Of a stretch of DNA of 64,000 bases, positions 36,401 to 46,396 are shown piece after piece. The stretch is from Tubiluchus corallicola (Eukaryota; Animalia; Priapulida). Below the pieces are notes generated by a model. It did no database searches. It worked only from the letters and a program-made list of their open reading frames with translations, and was not told the origin of the DNA. The translations under genes were made by a program, and so were the position numbers. Within the stretch, counting starts at the first letter, position 1; every line of letters begins with the position of its first letter. The stretch is from NCBI GenBank assembly GCA_030141605.1, contig JAQGDQ010000058.1:1-64000 (forward strand), read 5' to 3'.

Positions 36401-39400
36401 GTAATTGGTAAGATCATTCAACTGCATTATCACTAAGCTCATGAATATCTTTCAGAAAGTTGGTGATTATTGATTAGATTTGTTATGATATTCTGGATTC
36501 AATAAATGTGAAGCTATAATGTTTTGTGAAAGAATTAGTCTTGCTAGTGACTGGGCAGCTAGAGTTGCTGGTGATGAGCCAATTCAGAGTTCCTGATGAC
36601 AAACTGATCAGTTTCTATTCAAGATTTCTGTTGATGTCCCATTGGGTTCTTTGCAAAATGTTCCAAAATCAGTTTTCTGTTTACTTATATCAGTCGACTG
36701 TGTTTTCTTTATCTCATTCAGCAAATTTAAGGCTGGAATCCAAGACTTTGTTGTGCTTGTGACTGGAATGAAATCTTAGTAATTCTCTAAGCTATGAGAA
36801 AGAGCCTGGCTGGGCACAATGAACAATTACCTACCCTTGACCAGGGGAATCTATTGTCTTTAAATTTTTTGTAAGAAGAGTGACCAGAGGCAGGCAAACT
36901 GCCCAAAGCAGTTTTCGTAGCTGTAAATCTGATCATATTTGAATTCAACTGTTTTTTCATCAGCTCACTCATGAAATCAATCAAATATCACTAATACATC
37001 CAATTGTACGCATTGCCAACTCTCACAACATCAAATAATTTTCAAAAATGTGTAATAACTAATACTAATTTTAAAGCAATAATAATAACATTAATAACAC
37101 TAATAGCACTAACATAGTAAGTACAATGAGGTTGGAAATACTTCAAAGTGGTACTACAAAATCATAATTTTTTAATCTGACATGAAGGGTGTGATCGTTA
37201 AGTTTGGTTGTGTTGTTGTTGTTGGTGGTGATGGTGGTGTTGTTGTCACATTTATTTTTGAAACTTATCGCAGGTCACAGTTTTCATCATAGGAAGCCTA
37301 AATTTAGCATGAAGATACTACTGATCATTGCATAGACCATAACTATATCCGATTTTTCACTTTCCCAATATGGCTCTCAAATGTGCCAGTTAAACAGAGC
37401 ATGACCATTAAATGTATCTGCTTTATGCATTGTTACGTTGTTGTTTTTTATTGTAATGTATAATTGGATTTTTAACAGTAATGTGTTTAGATTTTTAGGA
37501 AAAAACAGATACATGACAACAGTAAATGCTTTCTGTTATTTTCTTATGGAAAGCATTAACTTTACAAGAAGTGAACAATTAGAATGTGCCGGATCCAAAC
37601 ACATTGGTGCTTTCATTCTAGTTAGTACTATTTTAAATTTTTATTGTTATTCCTTGTAGTTGGCAAACTATCATAGATTATGTAGAACAGCGGTACGAGG
37701 AATACTTGAATGGAGAATCAAGGGTACATAGGAAGAGCATGCCCGATAGTCGAGTCCACTGCTGTTTATACTTCATCAGTCCAAATGGTCACGGGTATGT
37801 ATGCCTCATTTAGATGATGAAAAAGTCTTTGCTTAAATTCTGCAAACTTTTCTGAAATACTAATTATTCAGTGCCTGTTACACTTAGAAAATGTATATGG
37901 AATTCGTGCGGTAACACCGCTGTAACAGCATTTTCACTGCAGTCCCAAAACAAAGCTTCACTTGTTTTGAATTGTTCTTCCAGGTTGAAACCGTTAGATG
38001 TAGAGTTTATGAAGAAGCTTCACGACAAAGTGAACATAATTCCAGTAATTGCCAAGGCCGACACGTTGACACCCGAAGAGTGTGCACAGTTCAAAAAGAC
38101 GGTGCGCTGTATTTTAACTAATTGATTATTATGTAGATGGAAGATTGAATGCTAAATGTTGAAATCTAAATCTAATAGTAGTATTTGAGAATAATGTTGG
38201 TTATGGATAGAATGGTTGTCACACTGGTAATGTTCGAGAGGTTTTAGCTTGGCAAGTGGTTTAAATCCACATTATGTTCTGATTTTAATTCCATTCTAAG
38301 TAATTTTTAATTACCACTATTTTCTGTTTACAATTGCTTAACTACATGTAGTTGTGTATGCAATTAGCAATAACTATTATGCGGTTTAGTTACCTTTGAT
38401 GAGTATTAATACTGATTTTTCTTTGTTTTTTTTTTTGTAGATTTTGAACGAAATTGCTCAGCACAAAATCAAGATTTATGATTTTCCGGACTTGGACGAT
38501 GAAGAAGAAAATAAAACAAATAAATCACTAAAAGTAAAAGTACCTTTATTCTTTTCATCTTTATAGTCAATTTTCGTCATTTGTATATGTACTATATGAA
38601 ATTTAGATGTGTTTTGTGATTTGTCAAATGTACTAGTAATATGCTCAAAAATTTCTAGGCTAAAACGTTAACTAATGTACCTTAGCGAAAGTCGATTTAA
38701 AATGTTTTTTATATGGAATTTCGCATATTTTTCGGAACCTGTTAATGCAAGACAATAGGGAAAGGTTAAGGTGAGATGGTGGAAACAGAGAACCGAGAAG
38801 GACTGGGAAAGGTGGGAAAAAATGTTCAAAAAAGAGGGAGTGAGGGTGGGAAAGAGAAAAAAGACTGCACAACAGTTATAGTTTTCAAGACAGCAAATAT
38901 CAAATTTGTAAGTGCAACACATTTTTTTTCATATATAAGCTTATTTGGCTTTTCTTCATAAATTTTTTTAAGTTTATTATTATATTTGTATTTTTCAGGA
39001 ACGAGTGCCATTTGCAGTAGTTGGCAGTAATACAGTTATAGAAGTAGCTGGGAAGAAATCACGAGGTCGTCGTTATCCCTGGGGTATAGTTGAAGGTAAC
39101 ACTTATTTGCCCTTTTTATGTTTTTTAAAAGCGAGAATGTAAGAATCATCATTACTTTGTAATGTTTGACAGTAAAATTTGTGTTTCTACTCTTAATTCG
39201 TGAGTAAACTGTGTACTAATCTTATTTTTGTGCACTGACATTCTATTTTGCTGCCTGGTATTTGGCCGAATCTATGCTGATTGTGTCTGTTATTTGATAT
39301 AACGCTTTTTTAATAAGCTTTTACATGCGTTCCTTCTGAACTTGTTCCTGAACCATGGTAGTATAGACTGCTATGATTTAAATATTATGTGTGGTTAATG

Positions 39401-42400
39401 TGAGACCGTGAGTAATAAACCGATCATAATTTGTGCAAAGTGTGCGGATATCACTTGTCTTATTTCTCTTGTCCCAGTTAGACATTTTCACATTTTTTCT
39501 ATTTTAGTTTTACTTTGCTAAATGTTGACTTTATTGTTTATAGTTCAATTTTATCAACAGACATTACTGTTTACAATTAATTACATTTTGTTGCTATTAT
39601 TAATAATTCTGTGCATTGGTTTGTTTTAGTTGAAAGTATGGATCATTGTGATTTCATTCCACTGCGCAATATGCTAGTAAGGTAATAAAAAAAAGAATCT
39701 TCAACTTTCTCTAACTTTCTTTGTAAGTTAGTACAAATGTTGAACTTTGTATATGAAAAAGTTGTTTATAAGGCAAAATTTTCAAGGCAATCAAATTACG
39801 TTTCCTTAAATATTTCAATCTTTAACACCAAAATGATTAATAACATTGTGACGGGAGTGTATTGTCACTTAATATTTTTTTTGCCAAAATTATGTCTGAC
39901 AGAAAGGTTATGTTTGGTGTAATTGTCCAAGTAATCCTTGGAAAATGTGCTGGCATTTTGGGATAACAAATGGACTTGGTTTCTCCATTTTTTGTTACTT
40001 TGAAAATGCAAAATCAAGGGTTAAACCTTGTTACCTGACTTATACAGTGCTCACACTATGGAAATTTGTGGCATTTTAGTTTCTGTAAGAATGTTGTTCA
40101 CACTTATGTGGTATCTAAGCAGATAAGGTCTGTTTTTGGTCACCTTTGCTTGTATAACAGTTGTCAAACAGCAGTCAAGCATTCGCTTAATTAAACTACT
40201 GGTATTCTTAAGTAGGATGAACAAGTTTTATGTGGAACAACAAAGTGGAATTTAATCCTTACTTTTAAATCCTTATAAATAATTAATGAATATTAATATC
40301 AGTCTTGAATATTCCTAAATCATTTCTTAATGTTAAAATCTTATTAAATATTATTATTGAGAAATTTAATTATGAATTAAAACGTGATTTATGAATATCT
40401 AAATGGGAAGGTTAAATATCATCTATGGCGATCCATCTGTAGTTTTGCGTTTGAAAATGCAGTCTTTTCTGCTATGTTGTAAGTTGTGCTACATTACAAT
40501 GCCGAGTTGTTAATATGTGTATTTCTTAAATAATGTGGCTATTAGCACAGGCAAATCGGACAACATGTTTTAACATTTTTTTTAATCATTTTTAAATTGT
40601 TTGTACACAAAATTTGTATGTTTTGAATGTTTCATATTCAGAGAAAGCAAAACTTACTGTTGAAGTAGCCAGTTGGTCTGACAGAAACAGCCATCGAAAA
40701 AATATGGCAAAAGGCGTAATGAATTGATTGGTAGTGTGAAACATTCTGGCTTATCGCCCCCTGTCAAACAGTCGCCCCACATTAGTAATACAATGCATTG
40801 AAGATGAAAATGGCCATTCATAGCAAGCTGTCCAGGAGTCCAACTTGCTATTATTTTTTACCTTAATTATTGTCAAACAAAAACGTTTAAATTTTTCCAT
40901 GACTAGGTGTTCCTTTACAATTTAGGTCAGAAAAATTTGAAAAGGTGCTGCATGAAAGTGACAATAAATTTTTGCTTTTCCTTATACATAAACAATATGA
41001 GTTTATTTTAAGTCACTGCACACACTTGAGTAAAATTAAAAGCAAAGTGTTTAACTGAAGTCCAGATTTAATCCATGGACATCCTGTTTAATGTCTATTC
41101 TTTTTATTTTAGAACACACATGATGGATTTGAAAGACGTTACCAATAATGTACATTATGAGAACTATAGATGCAAAAAACTAGGTGGAATTTCCAATGAT
41201 GGCAAATCGTCGAATAAGCTTCCAAACAAGTAAGAACCTACAAAAACTTCTTGTTTGCATGTCATGCTTTACCGAGTCATCGTAATATCCCTACTTAGTG
41301 CCTTAATAACTACACCTACAATCAGATCTAAAGGTAAAATGCATCCCATGGAAATAAGAAATTGTCAGTACTTATTTTACATACTGCTGTACTGTTTCCC
41401 TGAGTCATCGTGGAAGCAACGGTGCAGTATGTAAAAATATGTTTTGACAATTTTTTGTGTCCATCTTCTCACAAAAGTTAAAGAACATTGTTATAAATGG
41501 TTTACTATGTTTTCAACTTTAATTCTGAAGGGAATTCCATCATACATATATTTAACATTTGGCTGTGAAAGTTACAAGTTTATAGTTTCTGCAGTTTTTA
41601 AGTTATGACAGAAAAGCTTTTGTAAGGTTAAAAAATCAAATGCTGGAACAATGTCGGCTAATCGTAAACTGAAAAATAGCCGCATTCAGTGACATATAAA
41701 GCACTTAGTACATGGCAGCAAAACAATAAAGAAATCAACCAGCTTACATCATGATCATCAGTACAGAAAATAAAGCATTCATAAAGGTTAATTACAAAAT
41801 TGGGATCCTCTGCGATATGATATCTGATACAGCTCCATGCTAAATAGCAGCACAGGTAAGCACGAGTTTTAAATGCAAGTTTATGCACACTTGTGTGAAA
41901 AAGTTTGTATTTGTATTCGCAATATATCCACAAATAACACAGGCTACATCTGCGAATTATTAAGCTCAATTTTGGTGATATTCCTTTAAACTTTGATTTA
42001 AATTGTCTCAACAAAGTAGCTGAAACCGCATCATAATATCAGTGGTAATTGTTACCATTGTATTCACAGCGATGATTATTGCTGTACTGGGAAGTAATAC
42101 AATGACAAAAAGTGCAAAATTAAAAATAAACTTGAAATTTAAGGGATATTTTCATATCCTAAGCTGCAAACTTTCCTAACTTACACTTGTTAACTTGCAC
42201 CTAACTTACACTTAACACTTTAGATTAGACAAAAATAAAGACAAGCTAACCTTGGCTTTTATATAAATTCTAAATTTTATTAAAAGATGTGTCTAAATAA
42301 CTAATGTCAATTCAACTAATTCTATTGTCCCTACTGCTTATTTAAAGCTTCGTGTTCGCTAGATTGGCAGAGTTGCGTAGAGAAAGTTTGAACTCAGAAT

Positions 42401-45400
42401 CTTCTGATCGCCAACTAAATATAATTAATGATTGTTGTTTTTAGGAACCCCATTGCTCAGATGGCGGAAGAGAAGAACGAGCGATTGGAAAAGATGAAGA
42501 AAACTGAACAGCAGATGGAGCAAGTGTTTGAGATGAAAGTGAAGGAGAAGATGACGCAGCTCAAAGAATCGGAAAACGAAGTATATATTTTGTCAGCTAC
42601 TTTCTTTGTGTTCATCATAATAATACTTATCATTGGGTTAGCTTGGTGCAAGTACTTGATTAATTGACTATTCAATGCGAAGAAATAAAGTTATCATTGT
42701 TTTTTGTGAAGAAAAGGGATATTCTTATTGTTCACTTTACTAGAGTTGCTGTGTAAGCTTTAATGCCTAGTGGTGAAACATGTGATCATTGTTCATGTTT
42801 ATAAGAGTACTGTTTCATGTCTTTATAATTATAGAAATTGTACTTCGCCGACTAAATGAAAAGGTGCATATGTACAGGAACTATGTGAAAGTTTGATTGT
42901 CGCAGTCTAATACCGCTGTTTGTTATCTTATCCCATTTCCTATGTTCACATAACTTGAGAATATAGGTCACAAAATATTAATTGAAATAACTGCGTTATT
43001 GCTGCTGATTTGTTAAGATGCAAACAAATCCAGTATAAACTCCTAATGTTGCCCCTTCAACTTTCATTCACTTTCATGTTACAGTATTTCTTCTGCGGAA
43101 GTGTCGACCCTTTTCTCAGGCTTAGGAACTAGCCCTATTCCATTTGACAAGCTAACCCATTGGGTTGGGCCACTATTCGCCATCTCTGCACCACATTTTA
43201 TTTGGTGCCAATCTTAGAGTGTTTGAGATGTTGCCCCAAAAATAAACTTTTTATTTGAACGTAGTGTTTTCAAAGCATTTTAATTTTTAGAAATGAAGCA
43301 TATATTATTTTCATTTAAAAATAATGATTTTAGTTGTCAAAGCGACATGAACAGATGAAGAAGCAGTTGGAGCAACAAGAAAAGGAGCTGGAAGAAAAGC
43401 GAAAGATGTTCGAAAAAGAAAAGGAGGACTGGGGCATTCAGCATCCAGACCATAGTAACACGATTGGTGCAGCGCATTCAAAAGAGTAAGCATTTGTTTA
43501 ATTAGCCATTTAGTCATGCTTAAGGTACTTCTTACATTTCAGGTGTGCTGCTAGAGTACTTTCTCCTTGGTGACTTTTACTGCTTTTACAGAAAATTGTT
43601 ATTCAGTGGATCATGATTGGATTCATGCAAAATAATGAGAGTTTCTGTATTGCAGTCTTATAAGTGTTTTCAACAACTTTTTTTGTCTTGTAATGTCGCA
43701 AATTTAAAATGCAAATTGGCACTGTTATTAATTTCTTTAACTCCTTTATTGTTTATATAGTTGTTTAGCAATACTGATGTGAGACCAGAATAATATTGCC
43801 AGTAGTTGTTTTTGGCCAAAAGCACGTAATTATTTTCTTGTCCATTTTCTATTATTTTCTTTATTTTAATTTCTAAATGATATGGTTTTGTTATAATTGC
43901 AGTGTGTTATTGTAACAATTGAATTTGCATGCTGCATTCAGTTATTTACATTATGTCTTAATTATAGTTTTTTGGACCATGTCACTTTCAGTTTGTTTAA
44001 CTGAGTAACATTCCTGAAAAATATTAATCATCGATCTTCGGAAGCAGGGTATCAATTTTATGATACATTGGTCGTTCACTCAATATAGGTCTAGATTATT
44101 ACAATTACAAGCCTTCATTGTACCATACTTTTTTATACTCCATAGTAAATCGGGAGACAAGAAGTATTCTACCTGGGGTCATCCTAGATATAGACTTGGT
44201 AGTGGGTATGTGTATTGCCTTGCAATATATTAGTCTCGGTCTATACTGTTTTCAATTTTTAGTCAACTATTTCTTGCACGGCCTCAAGGTACTATCTTGC
44301 AGCTCGCTGAATAGTCGCTGTGCATGCTTTTTAAAGGCATACTCATATCTCAACATCAAGTCATGTACGATGTACCACAGACGACAATTATACATTATAG
44401 ATATAGGATTTTTTCCATCTGTACTGAATCTCAAAAGCTGGTGGGTTGACTTTCTCAAAGACTGTTGTTGGAGTGAGTTAGTACTAATTGTAATGCTAAT
44501 GTAAAACACGTAAACTAGTCTTAGTGGACATGTGTTACCTAGGTCCACCAGTAATTTAAGTCATTGCATTGGACATTAAACGTTTCTGCATTAAGCTGTG
44601 TGAGAATATAGAAACAACAAGCTTGTGTAGGAGCTAGTACTTTATATGATCTTGAAATAGATGTTTTTCTCTTGAAGTGATTATGTCAAATAACACAGCT
44701 AAGTACATGTTCCAAATCTGTCTTAGTCATGTGTTGCTAGGCAGTCCAAACCAAAACATTGCTGTGATTTTTTATTAAATATGTGAAGAATGCGTGTCCA
44801 CTGTCAGATTTGAAGGGTGTCATGGGAAAAGTAGGCACTGCTTCTGTCTGTCTGCATGTTGAAATTCCTTGTTCACTTCTAGCATTACGATCATTATGGC
44901 CATGTATTGCCAAGCAGCCACAACAATGTGGCGAAGGGGTCTTTTCGTGGACCACTTGATTTCGTCTACCTGTCGAAACAAGATCGTGAGAACCTCAGAC
45001 TCAGTGTATTAGTTGACTCATTAGTCAGCATCGTATTTATCTCTTTATTCTTTTATTTGTAGGAACTAGATACGCTCATTTAGCATGTTATTAGCAAATT
45101 AAATGCAATGCATGACATGGTACATTTTGCAATTTCACTTTCTTTATACAGTAGTTTTAAAATTATATTTTGTTCTGACTTATCTGTACCTGATTCTTTT
45201 GTAGTTGTGCTTTGATTTGCACTTTGTTATTAGTGCGTAGTATTCATGTGGTTAACTTGCAATTTTAAATTTAAAGCAGTTGTGTAATAACTTGTGTAAG
45301 TTTCCAAAATTTTTGATTATTTTTTATCAGTTTGATTTGACATTTCGGTTTGTTTATTTTTACATGTTGATCCTTCTTTCTTTTTACATGTTTTTGTCTG

Positions 45401-46396
45401 AGTAACTGTAATTCGTGTGAAAATTAAATTCTAACACATGTTCTTGCACAGTGAACTAACTGAAAGGACTGTTCTCAGAATTTGCTTTCTTTTTGCAGTG
45501 TCAGCTGAGGTTTCTAAACTTGTTCATATAGCATGGACTGTTCTCAGAATTTGCTTCTTTTTGCAGTGTCAGCTGGGGCTTCTAAACTTGTTCATATAGC
45601 ATGGACTGTTCTCAGAATTTGCTTCTTTTTGCAGTGTCAGCTGAGGCTTCTAAACTTGTTCACATGGCATTGTGACGTCTTGCATGACTTTTTTACCATT
45701 GCTGTGTGTCAAGATTGCTTACTTTGCCACTACTGATCAGGTTTTTGCTTATTCCAGGTTCCACTCTACCTGAGTGCTGCACTGATGTCCGTGTATTATG
45801 TCCTAAGAATAAATTTGCCAGATCAAGTGCTTGTTTCTTTCAGACACAACTTTGAAAAATTTTCTAACAAAGCCGTTCTTATAAAAATGCATATGCTTTT
45901 TAATGGCTGACATCGTCTAACTATTCTGCACTGTCTATGAGGAATGCGCTTCAAGACAGGTCATTTTGCCAAATTACTAATTATAAGTTAAGCTGATGAT
46001 TTCTCCTCTAGTCTGAATAGACTAACTTGATACTTGTCTAAATTAAATCATAAAGTCAAGTTTGCTTCATTTTTAGTGGTACTATGAAATAAGCACTGAT
46101 TGTTTTAGATTTATTATTAGGACAACTTGCATTCCTGCCTTTAACATTTTTTCTAGCATTGTTATTGTATGCTGTCATGACCCAAGCGGTAAACGTTCTC
46201 AACTTTCTAAAAAGGAAACATCTGTTACGATTTTTCTTCAACTTCTCCGTTATTAATTCACAACTAACCTTTTCTCTTCTATTTCAATTAACTGGTAGCA
46301 TGCATGGCTAGGTAACTAAAAAAATTCGGTTTGTGTTACAGAAGCGTCGACAGCAAAGATAAGAAAAAGGAAAAGAAGCGACATTTATTTTCTTAA
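12081..46396 (+). CDS. SEPT7: Septin-7 (peanut/CDC10 group) multi-exon gene; longest model join(12081-12443,24358-24616,35428-35534,36307-36407,37660-37794,37984-38101,38441-38533,38999-39095,39630-39681,41113-41229,42445-42580,43334-43485,46342-46396), about 594 aa
   Basis: Spliced translation gives [43 protein letters not shown] (P-loop), DTPGFGD (G3), IIPVIAKAD (G4), [21 protein letters not shown], and the coiled coil [12 protein letters not shown] typical of SEPT7. All junctions are GT-AG with matching phases. Confidence 0.93.
12879..13914. repeat. 369-bp direct duplication (12879-13247 and 13546-13914) separated by a degenerate inverted copy
   Basis: Both copies run CCCAGATTCATTACC...GGATTTGTTTTTC with about 4 substitutions; the spacer is a deletion-rich reverse complement of the same unit. 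Confidence 0.93.
16539..16673 (+). CDS. SEPT7: Septin-7 alternative first coding exon B (45 aa, Asn/Gly-rich, phase 0)
   Basis: In-frame TAA just upstream, AAAATG start, [24 protein letters not shown]..., GTT|GTAAGT donor at 16674; phase 0 matches 24358. Confidence 0.68.
17284..17691. mobile_element. piggyBac-type non-autonomous element (MITE)
   Basis: TTAA|CCCTTTCA ... TGAAAGGG|TTAA: TTAA target duplication, CCC termini, and subterminal inverted motifs GTATCCCGTGAGATAC / GTATCCCACAGGATAC. Confidence 0.8.
20134..20520. mobile_element. Interspersed repeat with two internal tandem units of about 124 bp (possibly Helentron/HINE-like)
   Basis: GTCAAAACGGATGAAGC at about 20219 and 20343, preceded by TTTTACC and a GTGTGTCTG tract. 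Family assignment is inference. Confidence 0.4.
20530..21380 (-). mobile_element. Decayed non-LTR retrotransposon reverse-transcriptase fragment
   Basis: Minus-strand frames give [13 protein letters not shown] (compare RT motif VFLDLSKAFDxVWH) and GTP...TLFTL (compare GxPQG...PxLF), with stops and frameshifts. Confidence 0.45.
22350..22916. mobile_element. Kolobok-like non-autonomous DNA element, copy 1
   Basis: TTAA on both sides, imperfect TIR (AGGATAGGACAAG vs reverse complement GGTAAAGGCCAAG); the body is homologous to 58493-59014 and 57245-57410. Confidence 0.6.
24358..24616 (+). CDS. SEPT7: Septin-7 common exon (SVTKRELFF...[10 protein letters not shown])
   Basis: TTTACAG acceptor, polybasic region and start of the GTPase domain, G|GTGAGT donor (phase 1). 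Confidence 0.93.
27366..27653. mobile_element. hAT-type MITE, 288 bp
   Basis: Perfect 8-bp TSD GCTGCAAC (27358-27365 and 27654-27661); TIR CATAAGCGTAC / GTACGCCTATG; GC-rich interior with repeated TTCGGG motifs. Confidence 0.88.
29655..29818. repeat. (ATTTT)n pentanucleotide microsatellite
   Basis: Direct; explains the FYFIL-repeat ORFs. Confidence 0.95.
33185..33280. repeat. Compound (GGT)n/(GCA/GTA)n trinucleotide microsatellite
   Basis: Direct; explains the poly-G/poly-S and poly-A/T ORFs. Confidence 0.9.
35428..35534 (+). CDS. SEPT7: Septin-7 exon, P-loop ([19 protein letters not shown]...KKTVQ)
   Basis: TTGTAG acceptor, 107 nt, CAG|GTAATA donor. Confidence 0.95.
36307..36407 (+). CDS. 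SEPT7: Septin-7 exon ([34 protein letters not shown])
   Basis: TTGCAG acceptor, G3 motif, TG|GTAAGA donor. Confidence 0.95.
37660..37794 (+). CDS. SEPT7: Septin-7 exon ([22 protein letters not shown]...[15 protein letters not shown])
   Basis: TTGTAG acceptor, GG|GTATGT donor, 135 nt. Confidence 0.95.
37984..38101 (+). CDS. SEPT7: Septin-7 exon ([39 protein letters not shown])
   Basis: TTCCAG acceptor, G4 AKAD motif, ACG|GTGCGC donor. Confidence 0.95.
38441..38533 (+). CDS. SEPT7: Septin-7 exon ([31 protein letters not shown])
   Basis: Poly-T GTAG acceptor, AAA|GTAAAA donor, 93 nt. Confidence 0.93.
38999..39095 (+). CDS. SEPT7: Septin-7 exon ([32 protein letters not shown])
   Basis: TTTCAG acceptor, septin unique element, G|GTAACA donor. 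Confidence 0.95.
39630..39681 (+). CDS. SEPT7: Septin-7 exon ([18 protein letters not shown])
   Basis: TTTTAG acceptor, AG|GTAATA donor, 52 nt. Confidence 0.93.
41113..41229 (+). CDS. SEPT7: Septin-7 exon ([23 protein letters not shown]...LPNK)
   Basis: TTTTAG acceptor, AA|GTAAGA donor, 117 nt. Confidence 0.93.
42445..42580 (+). CDS. SEPT7: Septin-7 exon, coiled coil ([10 protein letters not shown]...[22 protein letters not shown])
   Basis: TTTTAG acceptor, GAA|GTATAT donor, 136 nt. Confidence 0.93.
43334..43485 (+). CDS. SEPT7: Septin-7 exon, coiled coil ([33 protein letters not shown]...HSKE)
   Basis: TTTTAG acceptor, GA|GTAAGC donor (phase 2). Confidence 0.92.
45466..45670. repeat. Minisatellite, three copies of a unit of about 68 bp
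   Basis: GGACTGTTCTCAGAATTTGC...CTAAACTTGTTCA starts at 45466, 45535 and 45603. Confidence 0.92.
46342..46396 (+). CDS. SEPT7: Septin-7 terminal coding exon ([17 protein letters not shown])
   Basis: TTACAG acceptor, phase 2 match, Lys-rich tail ending in hydrophobic residues as in SEPT7/peanut, TAA at 46394-46396. Confidence 0.85.

Noticed and set aside
44118-44548. 128-aa and 93-aa overlapping ORFs
   Set aside because: No domain; GVILD hints at a decayed LINE RT end but is too weak to call. The same holds for 36787-36984.
46299-46317. 13-nt microexon CATGCATGGCTAG|GTAACT
   Set aside because: The following intron would be only 30 nt; kept only as an alternative acceptor.
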